In this document: positions 26,074 through 37,145 of the stretch, in pieces
Numbering within the stretch: position 1 is the first letter of the stretch
Layout of the letters: each line of letters opens with the position of its first letter
Virus record (IMG/VR): IMGVR_UViG_3300029288_000158
DNA length: 64,000 nt
Direction: 5' to 3' (one strand)
Source: a virus
Notes under the pieces: model-generated
Told to the model about the DNA's origin: nothing
The model's input: only the letters and a program-made list of their open reading frames with translations
Database searches by the model: none
Position numbers and translations under genes: made by a program

Positions 26074-26501
26074 TGTTTAATGATATCTTTCAAGATAAAT
26101 TCATGATTTTTAATCCACCATGTCGTGAATTATTTTTTCTAACCATTCTGAAAAATAAAGTGATTGAACTAAAATGGTGTGATGAATGGTCTGGTAGGAA
26201 TCCAGAATATTCATACATCTCGTTATTTTCAACTAATTATTTTAACGTTGGAGATGTTTATGAAATTGTAGTTCCGAAGGTGTCTGAAAAACATTCGGGA
26301 TTAGTTCACTGTTACATATCTAATATTCCTGAATTTGACATTAACAACAAGAGAGTTAACGTAGAAGTTTATCAACTATCAACTATTACTATCAAAATCG
26401 TATCGCGTGAAGTTTTTGAATCTGAGCTGAACAAAGTTTACGCTTACAAAACAAATCACTCAATTAACAAATACCCAGGAATTGTAAGAAAGCTCGCTTG
26501 A
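26073..26501 (+). CDS. hypothetical protein
   Basis: Track ORF, ATGA-coupled. Confidence 0.5.
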   Translation: MFNDIFQDKFMIFNPPCRELFFLTILKNKVIELKWCDEWSGRNPEYSYISLFSTNYFNVGDVYEIVVPKVSEKHSGLVHCYISNIPEFDINNKRVNVEVYQLSTITIKIVSREVFESELNKVYAYKTNHSINKYPGIVRKLA

Positions 26502-26548
26502 TGTCAACGAATGATGAAACCCATTCTGGTTAATTTGTATTATTCATA

Positions 26549-26575
26549 AGGTCGGTTTTATCGGCCTTTTCTTTG
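26549..26575 (+). terminator. weak hairpin terminator
   Basis: ggtcgg/cggcc stem plus a T-run, before the promoter cassette. Confidence 0.35.
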
Positions 26576-26595
26576 CCAGTTCTGACCTATTGGAA

Positions 26596-26645
26596 ACCGA
26601 AGAAAAATCCAGCTTGACTTTGCTTCGTTTTGACGGTATCTTAAA
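26596..26645 (+). promoter_or_regulatory. conserved promoter cassette copy (-35 26615)
   Basis: CCGAAGAAAAATCCAGCTTGACT. Confidence 0.65.
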
Positions 26646-26847
26646 GCTAACTACATCCTTGAAGCGATTAATGTGATATTTTTGTTTCTCATTGTTTCAT
26701 CAATCAGAATCAAAACAAAATTCTCAAAACGTTTCAAAAACATTCACTTAACAGAAAGGAAATGTATGAGACAGAAAAATTCTCAAACTCTCAAATGTTT
26801 CTTTTCAGCCATCCAACCCAAAAACGAAACCAGGACTGAAAATCTTT

Positions 26848-27384
26848 ATGACATTTCCTGATTTCATTTTACACATTCAAGAAAAAGAAAAACAGAATTT
26901 TCCAATTTCTTACAATTTTGAAACTGTCATTTTTGAAATTGACAATCAAAATCTTTCTGTTTGTGAAGAAATTTTTTTCAGATATGTTTCTAACAACGGA
27001 CCAAAGATTGAATTTCGCAATGTTCAATCTAAATACATTCTTGAGAAAGATTTGATTGTCATGCCGAGCATCAAACATTTCAAATCATCTGAAGAATACT
27101 ATTACATTTTGTTTCATGAGTTAGCACATTCTACAATTCACGAAACTCGACTTGATAGAAAAATAGCAAACCAAGATGAAGCATTTGAAGAGATTGTCGC
27201 TGAACTTTCTTCAGTAATAATAACTTCAACCCTTTTTAATTACATTTATAAAGATTCGGATTCTTTCATTCGCCATTATCTTAACCACACTGATATGATG
27301 GGAAATAAAAATTTAGACTTGATGATAGGGCGCAATATTGCGGAGTCTGTATCTTCTTACATTTTGAAAGGAGGTCTGCCATGA
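26848..27384 (+). CDS. zincin-like metallopeptidase, paralog of the ArdC C-terminal domain without the ArdC-N domain
   Basis: HELAHSTIHETR and EEIVAELSSV parallel HELVHSTGHEKR and EELVAEIGSC of ORF 1-780. Confidence 0.55.
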   Translation: MTFPDFILHIQEKEKQNFPISYNFETVIFEIDNQNLSVCEEIFFRYVSNNGPKIEFRNVQSKYILEKDLIVMPSIKHFKSSEEYYYILFHELAHSTIHETRLDRKIANQDEAFEEIVAELSSVIITSTLFNYIYKDSDSFIRHYLNHTDMMGNKNLDLMIGRNIAESVSSYILKGGLP

Positions 27385-27740
27385 AGTATTACAAATTCGT
27401 AAAACAAGCTTTGAAAGAAAATTCAGAACATGTTCCTTTCTACACAAATAACAAGAACGAAAAAGTTGAATGTGATATTTCAGAACATGTTAGAGAAAGA
27501 ATTGTTGAAAGATTTTACAAGCTAACAGAAACAAAAATTCCAGAAGACAAAATTGATTTGGTTTTAGTGAATCTTTTCAACAACTCTACAAAAATAGGAA
27601 AGAAGAATCCGACATATGTAAACAGAAACAAGAAACATGGCGGGGGTAGTTTGTATTTCCAAAATAATCATCTTGTTTTCGTTGTTTCTAATAGAGTAAT
27701 CAAAACTGTTGAGATTGTCACCGAACGCGAACTAAATTAA
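27381..27740 (+). CDS. hypothetical protein
   Basis: Track ORF. Confidence 0.5.
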   Translation: MKYYKFVKQALKENSEHVPFYTNNKNEKVECDISEHVRERIVERFYKLTETKIPEDKIDLVLVNLFNNSTKIGKKNPTYVNRNKKHGGGSLYFQNNHLVFVVSNRVIKTVEIVTERELN

Positions 27741-27753
27741 AAGGAGAAACAAA

Positions 27754-27948
27754 ATGAACGAGACTGTTTATTCAGGAATTCCACGAAAGCCAGTAGCTCG
27801 TAAGGTGTCTTGCGGGAATTATCTTCACCTAAAAGAACTTAGTGGAAGAGACATTGCCATTTACGATTCATCTTGTAACCGAACCTACGATGGAAATAGA
27901 AAGTTCGTTGGAGATGGCAACATGCTTGACCGATACATTCCAAGATAA
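27754..27948 (+). CDS. hypothetical protein
   Basis: SD AAAAGGAGAAAC. Confidence 0.55.
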   Translation: MNETVYSGIPRKPVARKVSCGNYLHLKELSGRDIAIYDSSCNRTYDGNRKFVGDGNMLDRYIPR

Positions 27949-27961
27949 AAAATTAGAAAAG

Positions 27962-28000
27962 AAATCTCTTGACTTTCGTCCTTGGAAAAAGTATATTAAC
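27962..28000 (+). promoter_or_regulatory. sigma70-like promoter (TTGACT 27970, N17, TATATT 27993)
   Basis: Consensus hexamers. Confidence 0.55.
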
Positions 28001-28036
28001 TCTAAGGACGGTTGTTTATTTTTCCAAGGAAGATAC

Positions 28037-28733
28037 GTTGAAAATCTATTCCAAGTTCCATGATTACTACGATTCGGTTCTGAAATTTTCTCAGGATGAT
28101 GATTGTGTGTATATGCGGGAGCCAAAAGAATATCGGTTTGATGAAAATATGGCCGAAATTAAATCTTCGGGAACCATTCGTTACTACATGAACGAAGAAT
28201 TGTTTTTTATTGGTTTTTGTGGGAAGATTTATCCAGTGTTTCAGCATATTTTTGATGATAAACTTGAAAATTTTCACATTGGAATTGATAACGAAATACT
28301 GATTGAAAAAATTAAAAACTGTCACACAGACAAACGAATTTATAGGTATGACAATCTTAGCAGTCCTTGTCTTGAAAGACTTTTGGGGCTTGAGACTGAA
28401 AAATATAATTGGTTTAAGAATCGAAAGTTTACCAATCCGTTCACGCTTGAAGATTTCTTTCTTAAATATGAAATCCCGGTGTTTGTTTTTAAGAACTTTA
28501 TTGATGGGCAAAAGAGAAAATGGGTTCTGGAAACAAATCCGTGTTTGAAAGATTATGATTTCCAAAGAATTTTCGATCCATATTCTGCGTTCCAAGAAAT
28601 TTATATGTTCTTTAATTCGGTTCTGACAAACGTGAAAACTCCAAAGATGCCGGTTGGCAGTGATAAAGTCATTGCCGAAAGCAAAGGGTTTGACAAGTGG
28701 AGTTTTCGGAAAATTGGAGAGAATTCTAAATGA
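28037..28733 (+). CDS. hypothetical protein (TTG start downstream of the promoter; track ORF begins earlier)
   Basis: AAGGAAG then TTG at 28037. Confidence 0.45.
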
Positions 28734-29203
28734 AGATTGATACTATTTTTATCATTCAAGAAGATGCTGTTGGTGTTTGTTTGCGCCAAAACGACTTTTC
28801 TTTTTATGGTTCGTGCGTATCAAAATATATTAGAGCAAAAGAAATGAGAGGACAAAAGAGATTAACGTGTGTAAATTCCAACACAATCAATCTGACATAT
28901 GAAGAAAAGGTTCAGCATGTGATTGATAGATTGCTGACATTTAATATTGATTCTCCGAATGATGATTTCGCGGATGTTCAGAATAGACTGGACGGAGAAT
29001 ATACGGGTATATTTTTTGATATACTCGCAATACTTCTTTCTAACCATAAGAAATTATCGAGTAGGATTTTTTCAAGATATAAAGAACTTGGTACTGGTGA
29101 AATTATGATGCTCCGGGCATATGGGCTTCCTGAATACAGGAAATCTAAAAACGGATATGTTGAAAACGAAGTCAAGCAAAAACTATTGGAGAACATAGAA
29201 TGA
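28730..29203 (+). CDS. hypothetical protein
   Basis: Track ORF. Confidence 0.5.
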   Translation: MKIDTIFIIQEDAVGVCLRQNDFSFYGSCVSKYIRAKEMRGQKRLTCVNSNTINLTYEEKVQHVIDRLLTFNIDSPNDDFADVQNRLDGEYTGIFFDILAILLSNHKKLSSRIFSRYKELGTGEIMMLRAYGLPEYRKSKNGYVENEVKQKLLENIE

Positions 29204-29454
29204 TGAAATATAAATACAATTTCTTCCGAGTTCTTGGTTTTCCTTGGGAGCTTCTTGAAAAATTTAATAAAATTTCTTTTGATTTTTTGAAACCCCGTAT
29301 TGGAAACGTTTTGGCGGCTATTATTTGTTCTGTTGTATTTACAGCAATTGTGCTTGGTCCAATCTTGCTTATTCCCGACAAATATATTTTTCTTTACGTA
29401 TTTCCAATGATGATATCAGGATGTATTTACGATGAGACAAAATCTCTTAGGTAG
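29200..29454 (+). CDS. membrane protein (2 TM)
   Basis: Track ORF. Confidence 0.5.
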   Translation: MMKYKYNFFRVLGFPWELLEKFNKISFDFLKPRIGNVLAAIICSVVFTAIVLGPILLIPDKYIFLYVFPMMISGCIYDETKSLR

Positions 29455-29701
29455 AATCTTTTTCCTTTTCTTTTCCATCTTCTTTCCAACGAGTGATGGA
29501 ATATGTAGCTGTTGTCGCACCAATCAATGTAGTAATCAAAGTTAACGCCGTGGTAGGTATTTCTTGATTCTTAAAAAAACTAAAAAAGCAAAGTACAATT
29601 CCAGCAAATATAGTTGACAACATTGACAATCTTTTAGAAGACGACCCGTTGTTGTTTTCACGAAAGAAATCCGCAATAAAAGAAATAAAATTTTTAATCA
29701 T
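29447..29701 (-). CDS. small 2-TM membrane protein (holin-like?) on minus strand
   Basis: Two hydrophobic helices and a charged C-terminus. One of few minus-strand genes. Confidence 0.4.
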   Translation of the reverse strand: MIKNFISFIADFFRENNNGSSSKRLSMLSTIFAGIVLCFFSFFKNQEIPTTALTLITTLIGATTATYSITRWKEDGKEKEKDST

Positions 29702-29741
29702 TTCGCACCTCGCTTAGTTATTTATTCAAAAGGAGAATAAA

Positions 29742-32168
29742 ATGGGAACATATTCAGATCGAGTTAAGAAGATTCTTCAACTCGCAAGGGACGAAGCAAA
29801 GAAGCTTGAAACAGATTACATTGGAACGGAACATGTTCTTTTGGGTCTGATTGCGGAAGGAAATGGAAAGGCGATTTCTGTTCTTCAGCAGCAGAATGTT
29901 GATATTTATAGTCTTCAGACGAAACTCAGGACGGCTCTTGCGAGTGGCGGTTTGGGTTCGTTGGTTCCAAACATTCCGCTAACTCCAAGAGCAAAGAAGC
30001 TTTTGGAATTTGCGGTTGAAGAAGCTCAAAATCTTGGTCAGGAAGTTGTTGGAACTGAGCATCTTCTTTTGGCAATGTTTAAGGACGAAAGCAGTCAAGC
30101 ATTTACGTTTCTTTCTTCTTCGGGAGCTGATTACGAAACTTCCAAAAAGTTGGTGGAAGACGGAAATCTTCCGAACAAGCCAATTTCAAATGGTGAAGGT
30201 TCTTCGGAAACTAACTCAGCAGCATCCGGAGAGAAATCTAAGACTCCGATTCTGAATCATTTCTGCCGGGATTTGACTCAAGCAGCACGGGAAGGAAAAC
30301 TCGACCCGATTGTTGGAAGAAATTCGGAAATTGAGAGAACAATTCAGATTCTTGCCCGTAGAAAGAAGAATAATCCCGTTCTTTTGGGCGATGCAGGTGT
30401 TGGGAAGACTGCCATTGTTGAAGGTTTGGCACTTAGGATTGTTTCTAAATCTGTTCCATACATCCTAAACGACAAGCGAATCATGGCTTTGGATATGGCT
30501 TTGCTTGTTGCTGGAACTAAGTATCGTGGACAGTTTGAGGAACGAATCAAGGCAATCATTCAAGAAACAAACAAAAACAAGGACGTGATTTTGTTCATTG
30601 ACGAAATCCACGGAATTGTTGGTGCTGGGGATTCTTCAGAAGGCAATATGGATGCTGCGAACATTTTCAAGCCAGCTCTTGCGCGAGGAGAACTTCAGTG
30701 TATCGGAGCTATCACTTTTGACGAATACAAAAAGTCAATCGAAAAGGACAATGCGCTTGAGCGGCGATTCCAGCCAGTTCAAGTTGACCAACCGAGTATT
30801 CCCGAATCCGTTTTGATTCTCACAGGGTTGAAGGAAAATTACGAAAAGCACCATAATGTTTATTACACGGACGATGCTATCGAGTCGGCAGTTCGTCTTT
30901 CGGAACGGTATATTACCAATCGGTTCCTTCCAGACAAGGCGATTGATGTGATTGACGAAGCTGGCGCAAGGATTCGTATTTCTTCTATGATGACTCCTGA
31001 AATGAGCGAGCTGGAAGAGAAGATTGAAACCTTGAAGAAAGAAAAGGTTGACCTTGTATTTAACCAAAAATACGAGGAAGCTGCCGAAGTTCGCGACCAG
31101 CTCGAAAAGGCCGAGAAACGATTGTCGGATATTAAGGAAGGGTTTAAGAACCAGGAACGACTGGAAGTCAATGGCGACGCAATTGCCGAAACCATTTCTA
31201 AGATGACCGGAATTCCTGTTACCAAATCTTCCGCCGACGAAAACGCCAAGCTGAAGACTCTGGAAGAAACTTTGAAATCCCGAGTTGTTGGTCAAGATGT
31301 TGCTGTTAAGGAAATTTCTAAATCTATTCGTCGCAACCGTGCTGGACTTCACAACAACCGTAGGCCAATTGGCGTTTATATGTTTCTTGGGCCTACTGGA
31401 GTTGGAAAGACCGAATTGGCGAAAGCGTTGGCTGAAGAAGTTTTCAACACCAAGGAAAATCTGATTCGCATTGACATGAGCGAATATGGAGAGAAGTTTA
31501 ATGTTTCGCGTTTGGTTGGTGCTCCTCCGGGGTATGTTGGATATGAAGAAGGCGGAAAGCTGACGGAAGCCGTTCGGAAGAAGCCGTATTCTGTTGTGCT
31601 CCTGGATGAAATTGAAAAGGCGCATCCGGACGTTTGTAACATTCTTCTTCAAGTGTTTGATGACGGACATTTGACGGATTCTCTTGGGCGAAAGGTGAAC
31701 TTCAAGAACACCATTGTCATCATGACTTCTAATCTCGGAAGTCGCGAATTGAGCAAGGGAAATCTTGGGTTTGGTTCTGGAAGCAATGATGTTTACGAGA
31801 AGCTTCGTCGGAATGTTGACGCTGAACTGAAACGCGCTTTTGCTCCAGAATTCTTGAATCGTTTGGATGGCTCTTTGATTTTCCATCCTCTTGAACAAGA
31901 ACATCTGGTTGAGATTGTTGGAATCCAGCTTCGCGACCTCGAAGCTCGTCTTGCTGAAAAGAAGATGAAGATTTCTTGGGACCGAAGTGTGATTGAACAT
32001 CTTGCGAAGGTTTCTTATGACCCAGCTTTTGGTGCTCGTCCTTTGAGGAGGAACATTCAAAATCTGATTGAAGATGCTTTGGCGGATGAGTTTTTGAATG
32101 ACACTTTTGTTGAAGGCGATGAGATTAAATGCTCATACGTTGACGGGAATGTTGTTCTGAGCAAGTAA
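29742..32168 (+). CDS. clpC: ClpC-like class III AAA+ unfoldase (two Clp_N repeats, D1 and D2 AAA modules, UVR-like middle domain, LGF ClpP-docking loop)
   Basis: Walker A GDAGVGKT and GPTGVGKT, N-terminal Clp_N repeats, loop KGNLGFGSG. 808 aa. Confidence 0.9.
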   Translation: MGTYSDRVKKILQLARDEAKKLETDYIGTEHVLLGLIAEGNGKAISVLQQQNVDIYSLQTKLRTALASGGLGSLVPNIPLTPRAKKLLEFAVEEAQNLGQEVVGTEHLLLAMFKDESSQAFTFLSSSGADYETSKKLVEDGNLPNKPISNGEGSSETNSAASGEKSKTPILNHFCRDLTQAAREGKLDPIVGRNSEIERTIQILARRKKNNPVLLGDAGVGKTAIVEGLALRIVSKSVPYILNDKRIMALDMALLVAGTKYRGQFEERIKAIIQETNKNKDVILFIDEIHGIVGAGDSSEGNMDAANIFKPALARGELQCIGAITFDEYKKSIEKDNALERRFQPVQVDQPSIPESVLILTGLKENYEKHHNVYYTDDAIESAVRLSERYITNRFLPDKAIDVIDEAGARIRISSMMTPEMSELEEKIETLKKEKVDLVFNQKYEEAAEVRDQLEKAEKRLSDIKEGFKNQERLEVNGDAIAETISKMTGIPVTKSSADENAKLKTLEETLKSRVVGQDVAVKEISKSIRRNRAGLHNNRRPIGVYMFLGPTGVGKTELAKALAEEVFNTKENLIRIDMSEYGEKFNVSRLVGAPPGYVGYEEGGKLTEAVRKKPYSVVLLDEIEKAHPDVCNILLQVFDDGHLTDSLGRKVNFKNTIVIMTSNLGSRELSKGNLGFGSGSNDVYEKLRRNVDAELKRAFAPEFLNRLDGSLIFHPLEQEHLVEIVGIQLRDLEARLAEKKMKISWDRSVIEHLAKVSYDPAFGARPLRRNIQNLIEDALADEFLNDTFVEGDEIKCSYVDGNVVLSK

Positions 32169-32175
32169 ACAAATA

Positions 32176-32216
32176 GGCTGGCGTGAATTTAGGTTTGCGC
32201 CAGCTTTTTCTTTTTA
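32176..32216 (+). terminator. rho-independent terminator
   Basis: ggctggcg/cgccagc plus a T-run. Confidence 0.65.
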
Positions 32217-32227
32217 ATAGGATTGAA

Positions 32228-32890
32228 ATGAACATAAAGAAACTTGAACCATATAATATTTATTTTGGTTTGTTTGACTGCCAATATTTTGTAACGTCAA
32301 CTCTCGTTCGTATTCAAGAGTATTACGAGAGTTCGTCCGATTTGTTTAGAAATAAAGTATTTGATTTGGATTCTTACATGGATTGGTATGCTTTGACCCA
32401 TGCCGGAAAGTTTTCATATTTTGAAGATTGGGTTGGATTTAACATTCCGGGAGAAGTAATACAAAAATGGGCCAACGATTTTTCGTCAATTGGATATCGG
32501 GCAAAAGAAAAGGAACTGCTATCAAAGCTCCCAATAGATTCAAAAGAACGATGGTATTTTATTGCTACACACAAATCGGCTGATAATTCGGTGTCTGCTC
32601 ATGAAATTGCTCATGCTCTTTGGTATCTTAATGATGAATACCGCACAGCTTGTCAGAAAAATATTGAGCAGATGTCTGTTGACGTCAAAGAAATTGCGAC
32701 AACTTATTTGAAATCTCGAGGATATTGTGATGCTGTAATTGATGACGAAATCAACGCATATTTCGCTACAGGAGATGTTGAAGATTTGAAAAAGCGCGTT
32801 CAAATTTCCGAAGATGACCTAAAAAAGATTATTGGAATTTTTGGCGCGGAATTTAACAAGTATTCACAAAATATTCATAAACAACTTTAA
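32228..32890 (+). CDS. putative HExxH metallopeptidase-like protein
   Basis: SAHEIAHALWYL motif. Function inferred only from the motif. Confidence 0.4.
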   Translation: MNIKKLEPYNIYFGLFDCQYFVTSTLVRIQEYYESSSDLFRNKVFDLDSYMDWYALTHAGKFSYFEDWVGFNIPGEVIQKWANDFSSIGYRAKEKELLSKLPIDSKERWYFIATHKSADNSVSAHEIAHALWYLNDEYRTACQKNIEQMSVDVKEIATTYLKSRGYCDAVIDDEINAYFATGDVEDLKKRVQISEDDLKKIIGIFGAEFNKYSQNIHKQL

Positions 32891-32904
32891 ACAAAAGAGT
32901 CACA

Positions 32905-33444
32905 ATGTATTCCGAACAATCTCTAAAAGCGGACTTGTCGTCTATTGGTTGTTATTTGGCTGTTTCTTTGAACGAACCAAATTTCAAAAAATACAAAGCT
33001 ATTAAAGGTTTTGTGGAAGATATGAGTTCGTTCCTTGTTGTTGATTATACAAACTCCGGCTTTGATTATTTTGAAGAACACGAACGTCTGAAATATCTTG
33101 TTAGAAATCATAACAATCGTTCGGAAATTAAATACCGAATTGGAATGTATGGAAATATTTACAATTTTGTAGATTATCAAAACCAAACTTCCGACAAATG
33201 TTTCAACTACAAAATCAAAAATATCTTGAAGATTGTTAACAAGATTCTATCAAACAGAGATTTGCTGTGGACTGATGTTGAATTGTTTCTTACATATTCT
33301 AAATGGCCCAAAGAATCATTCAAACAAACTGATTCAATCTATTTCAAATTCGTTCCATATGAAAATGACGAGTTCTTCTACACAAAACACTCGGTTGAAG
33401 CAATCAAGAAATTTATTCAGTTTAGATTGGGGATTGAAGAATGA
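32905..33444 (+). CDS. hypothetical protein
   Basis: Track ORF. Confidence 0.5.
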   Translation: MYSEQSLKADLSSIGCYLAVSLNEPNFKKYKAIKGFVEDMSSFLVVDYTNSGFDYFEEHERLKYLVRNHNNRSEIKYRIGMYGNIYNFVDYQNQTSDKCFNYKIKNILKIVNKILSNRDLLWTDVELFLTYSKWPKESFKQTDSIYFKFVPYENDEFFYTKHSVEAIKKFIQFRLGIEE

Positions 33445-34109
33445 CTAATACAAATAAAGTTATTATCCCGAAGTGTGAGGTTCTTTTCAACGCAGATTCA
33501 ATTTATTGGGTTGGGTTTGTTGCGTATGGGAAACTTTCCAAAGACCAAACTAAAGAAGAATGGATTGGATTTTCACACGAACCGGATTCAAACTTTCAGA
33601 ATATTATCTGTCTGAAAACCAAACCCACAAAGCACAAACAACAAATCATATTGAACAAAACGGGAAACCAACATATTTCTTGGCAAACAATGTTTCTTAT
33701 TCATCAATATGGAACAGAAGAAGATGTTAAGAAAATGATTAAACTTATTAGAAAAGATGCGTTCTTTGTTATTCAATACTATCGGCTCTTTGGTTACGAC
33801 GGTTCTCTGGATGATATAATTTTGAATTCGTCTTTGTTCTATATGATTGAATTTCCGCAGATTTATTTCTCGAGGCCAATCAAATCAAAAGAACAAATCA
33901 AATCTAATGTGTTTTCCGAAAAGATTAACTACGAAACTCTTCAAAGTGTTTGTGGTGTTGTAAAAGGAAACCAGCCTGTTTTTGTAAATGACGATGGTAA
34001 TTTTGTCATGAAAACCAATTCGGTTCCGTTTACAATTGCTAATGGTCGTCAACTAATGACAATCAATGAAGAATGTTTGAAAATTTTCAATGAAAGGAAA
34101 ATGAAGTGA
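33441..34109 (+). CDS. hypothetical protein
   Basis: Track ORF, ATGA-coupled. Confidence 0.5.
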   Translation: MTNTNKVIIPKCEVLFNADSIYWVGFVAYGKLSKDQTKEEWIGFSHEPDSNFQNIICLKTKPTKHKQQIILNKTGNQHISWQTMFLIHQYGTEEDVKKMIKLIRKDAFFVIQYYRLFGYDGSLDDIILNSSLFYMIEFPQIYFSRPIKSKEQIKSNVFSEKINYETLQSVCGVVKGNQPVFVNDDGNFVMKTNSVPFTIANGRQLMTINEECLKIFNERKMK

Positions 34110-34344
34110 CACAATTCTTTATTTGGGTTTTGTCTATATTTCTAACATTTTTCGGGTTTCTTTCCTATCTTATGTTGGTAGCGTAAATATTCACAACATC
34201 CGGAACTACAGTTATAACCGACAGAAAATCATTTTTGATTAGTTTGATTCCGTTCGGTTTTCTATTGTTGTCAATCAAACATTCGGATGATTTTAATGGA
34301 GTAATACGTGCGAGTAGAAAAATTCAAACTTGGTGGAACAACAA

Positions 34345-34548
34345 ATGATTTCTAAAGAACGCCTTGAAGAAAATTTGATTCTTATTTCGAATCATCTGAG
34401 TTCAATACAGAATCAACCGGAAGACGATTCGTTGTTGTTTAGATTCTTGGAATTGGAAAAATATTATTCAGACAAAATCGCCATTCTGGAGCATTATAAA
34501 CTCTTACTTAACCCCGATACAATCAGGTTTGATTGGCATAACCAATGA
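34345..34548 (+). CDS. hypothetical protein
   Basis: ATG at 34345. Confidence 0.45.
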   Translation: MISKERLEENLILISNHLSSIQNQPEDDSLLFRFLELEKYYSDKIAILEHYKLLLNPDTIRFDWHNQ

Positions 34549-34811
34549 ACGATTTATCTTATTTCTTAAAAACACAGTTCAAAGATGTTGGTGAAAACGA
34601 ATTAGATTTGGAGAAAGTTTACAAATCGTGGCGAAAAGCAACGTGGTTTATTTCTCAATGGAATGATGAATATACCATTGTCAAACGTGAAGGGACGAGA
34701 CGACAATTCAAAACGAAAATTTCCAAAAAACAAGCACTTGAAATTATAGCGAAAAAGAAATTAAGTTGCGAACAAAATTCAATATTTACATCAGGAAGTT
34801 GTTGGAGGTGA
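34545..34811 (+). CDS. hypothetical protein
   Basis: Track ORF. Confidence 0.5.
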   Translation: MNDLSYFLKTQFKDVGENELDLEKVYKSWRKATWFISQWNDEYTIVKREGTRRQFKTKISKKQALEIIAKKKLSCEQNSIFTSGSCWR

Positions 34812-34814
34812 AGA

Positions 34815-34991
34815 ATGGCTTGTTCTAATTGTAACGGATATTATCATTGCGGGTGCGACATTATTAATATGCTAAAAGAATTAAAGCAAAAGAAAATGGA
34901 ATTAGAACTTCTTCAATACAAAATTAAAGAACGAACAGAAGAATATAATAGATTTAATGAAGGGCATTCTCAATTACCGAGGGATGAATGA
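34815..34991 (+). CDS. 58-aa Cys-rich protein (CSNCNGYYHCGC)
   Basis: GGAGGTGAAGA then ATG. Below the track cutoff. Confidence 0.45.
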   Translation: MACSNCNGYYHCGCDIINMLKELKQKKMELELLQYKIKERTEEYNRFNEGHSQLPRDE

Positions 34992-35371
34992 TTTCAAAAG
35001 AAGAACTTCGTGATTTATTAAACGACTCTCAAACTTATGATTTTGGTGTTGAGTTTCACTACATACCAATCTCGGTTATTGAATCGGCTGAAAATATGTA
35101 TGACCTATACTATTCAGGCCCAAGAAAAATAAGGTTTTCTAAAGGTTACGTTCAAATCAAACTATTAGAAGAACTAGATGCTTCTAAAATTGATTCTTAT
35201 GTAGATGAAATATATGAACTACTTAAAGATGATGTTAGAAACGAAATTCAACAAGCTTTTAAAAATTTAGAATTGTGCGCCGAAGATATAAAATATTTTG
35301 ACCGAAAAGAAAACAAAGAAATATTCAAACAGTTTCAAGATGAAGTTCGTGCGAATGCCGGAGTTCTGTAA
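34988..35371 (+). CDS. hypothetical protein
   Basis: Track ORF. Confidence 0.5.
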   Translation: MISKEELRDLLNDSQTYDFGVEFHYIPISVIESAENMYDLYYSGPRKIRFSKGYVQIKLLEELDASKIDSYVDEIYELLKDDVRNEIQQAFKNLELCAEDIKYFDRKENKEIFKQFQDEVRANAGVL

Positions 35372-35527
35372 GGAGATAGTATGATGTGGAACGTGCTTTG
35401 GTGTTTTAATATTTTTGCTTTCTTTATGTTTGTAATTTTTTCCAGTCTGGCTGTGAGAAATTATACAAGATTTGGAAAATAACAAACGCCAAAGCACTAT
35501 TAAACATTATATTTGTGGAGAGTAAAA

Positions 35528-35698
35528 ATGAAAAAGATTGAAGACATGAATTTTGATGAATTGGTAGAGCATAGTTCTCAATTGATTCATTCTGGACTTT
35601 TAGAAGAAGGTGGAAAATGTTTGAAATCCGCTGTTTATATTTCTCTGTTGAATACTATTGTTTGGCGACGAGCTATGGATGAAAAGGAAAAGAAATGA
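35528..35698 (+). CDS. hypothetical protein
   Basis: ATG at 35528. Confidence 0.45.
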   Translation: MKKIEDMNFDELVEHSSQLIHSGLLEEGGKCLKSAVYISLLNTIVWRRAMDEKEKK

Positions 35699-36222
35699 TT
35701 AACATCTCTGAACTTCCAATTGCGTTTTATTGTAAAGCATGTAAAACAAATTTCCGGCGCGAAAGTCTAAGTTCTTATCCATGTAAATGCCCGGAATGTG
35801 GTCAAGAAAGAACATCAAGTGGTTTCTACAGACTACCAACTTTGAAGTTTTACAAATCACCTCCAGGTTCTTACAATTTGCTAAACTCGGCAGATAAAAA
35901 GTGCCAATTCACGTTCTATTCTCTTGAAGGTTTCTCTATTTCTATTTTAACGGAACCTGAGAACTTTGAAAATTTTGAATTTGACTTTGATGACTACCTT
36001 GGTCAGATTCTTAGAATGATTGAAGATTTTGATTTCTATTACATGGGAGACAAAGAGAAAATTCAAAAGTTTTATGATGAAGTTGTTTCTCCTAACGCAG
36101 AACAACATCAAATCAACTATCTTAAAAACAAAAAAGAAGAGTTGTTGATTGAAATGTGGAAGTTGAATAGTCAAAGGAATTCATATATTTCTGATTTGGA
36201 ATCTTTGGAACCTACTGAATGA
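35695..36222 (+). CDS. zinc-ribbon protein (CKACK...CKCPECG)
   Basis: Track ORF. Confidence 0.5.
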   Translation: MINISELPIAFYCKACKTNFRRESLSSYPCKCPECGQERTSSGFYRLPTLKFYKSPPGSYNLLNSADKKCQFTFYSLEGFSISILTEPENFENFEFDFDDYLGQILRMIEDFDFYYMGDKEKIQKFYDEVVSPNAEQHQINYLKNKKEELLIEMWKLNSQRNSYISDLESLEPTE

Positions 36223-36701
36223 ACTTTTTCTATCTTGATGAAAATCCAGAATTGTGCGCTCATTACATGGTTAATAGTCATGTGGTAAAAATGATTTTGG
36301 AACATTGTCAACTTCTATCAACGACTCAAAGTTTGTTTGGAATTGAATCTCTCTACAAACCAACCCATGTGAATCATCCATGTGCTATCTGGTGTCGAGA
36401 AAGTTTGTCAAATTATAATCTTCTGATTCAATATACTAAAGAGATTTGTAAAGAGTATACTTTCAGATACGAGAAAAGCCACGCTTGCGAATCGATTCTT
36501 TACTATTGCGAACATGTAAAACCAGATATTAAAGATGTTGGTGTTACAAAAATTGCTTTAGCTATGCCGGATTACTGTAAACTTGATAATCCAGTTGACA
36601 GTTACAGAAATTATTACATGAAAGAAAAAGTTCACATTGCTACATGGAAGAAACGCGGAAAGCCCGATTGGTTTGAGTTTGAAACCAAGGAATCTTTATA
36701 A
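36219..36701 (+). CDS. hypothetical protein
   Basis: Track ORF. Confidence 0.5.
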   Translation: MNFFYLDENPELCAHYMVNSHVVKMILEHCQLLSTTQSLFGIESLYKPTHVNHPCAIWCRESLSNYNLLIQYTKEICKEYTFRYEKSHACESILYYCEHVKPDIKDVGVTKIALAMPDYCKLDNPVDSYRNYYMKEKVHIATWKKRGKPDWFEFETKESL

Positions 36702-36887
36702 ATGCTACCTATTATCAAATCTCGGTGTGTTGTAGTTGAGAAAACTTCAAAGAAAACAAAATTCAAGAAATTTGGAACGGGTTTTATTTTTGAATTGGAT
36801 TGTCAAGATTTTAATATTGGTGATATTGTCCATTTTGATTTTATAAGCAGACGAAAGTGGTTTGTTTGTGGAATGAACAAAATATGA
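36702..36887 (+). CDS. hypothetical protein
   Basis: Track ORF. Confidence 0.45.
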   Translation: MLPIIKSRCVVVEKTSKKTKFKKFGTGFIFELDCQDFNIGDIVHFDFISRRKWFVCGMNKI

Positions 36888-37069
36888 AATTAGTTTTAAT
36901 GTTTAAGCCAATAAAACATCCGGCTTGGCTTGGAAAAAATTCAATAAGATGTGTTTGGTATCCAGGTATTGGATTTCCTTCTGTTTATTATTTGAATTTT
37001 AATTTTGACGATTCATTAAAAATTGAAAAAGAATACAACCACCGTTGGCGGAAAATAATAAAAGTATAA
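36884..37069 (+). CDS. hypothetical protein
   Basis: ATGA-coupled ATG at 36884. Confidence 0.45.
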   Translation: MKLVLMFKPIKHPAWLGKNSIRCVWYPGIGFPSVYYLNFNFDDSLKIEKEYNHRWRKIIKV

Positions 37070-37145
37070 GACAACATAATATTATTCGATTTATAAGTCA
37101 TGTTTTTCGTGGTTGTATTATACTTGCTTCATGATATTGTTATAT

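Noticed and set aside
30735-32060. 441-aa minus-strand ORF inside clpC
   Set aside because: Antisense to an unambiguous ClpC gene. No start context, no homology.
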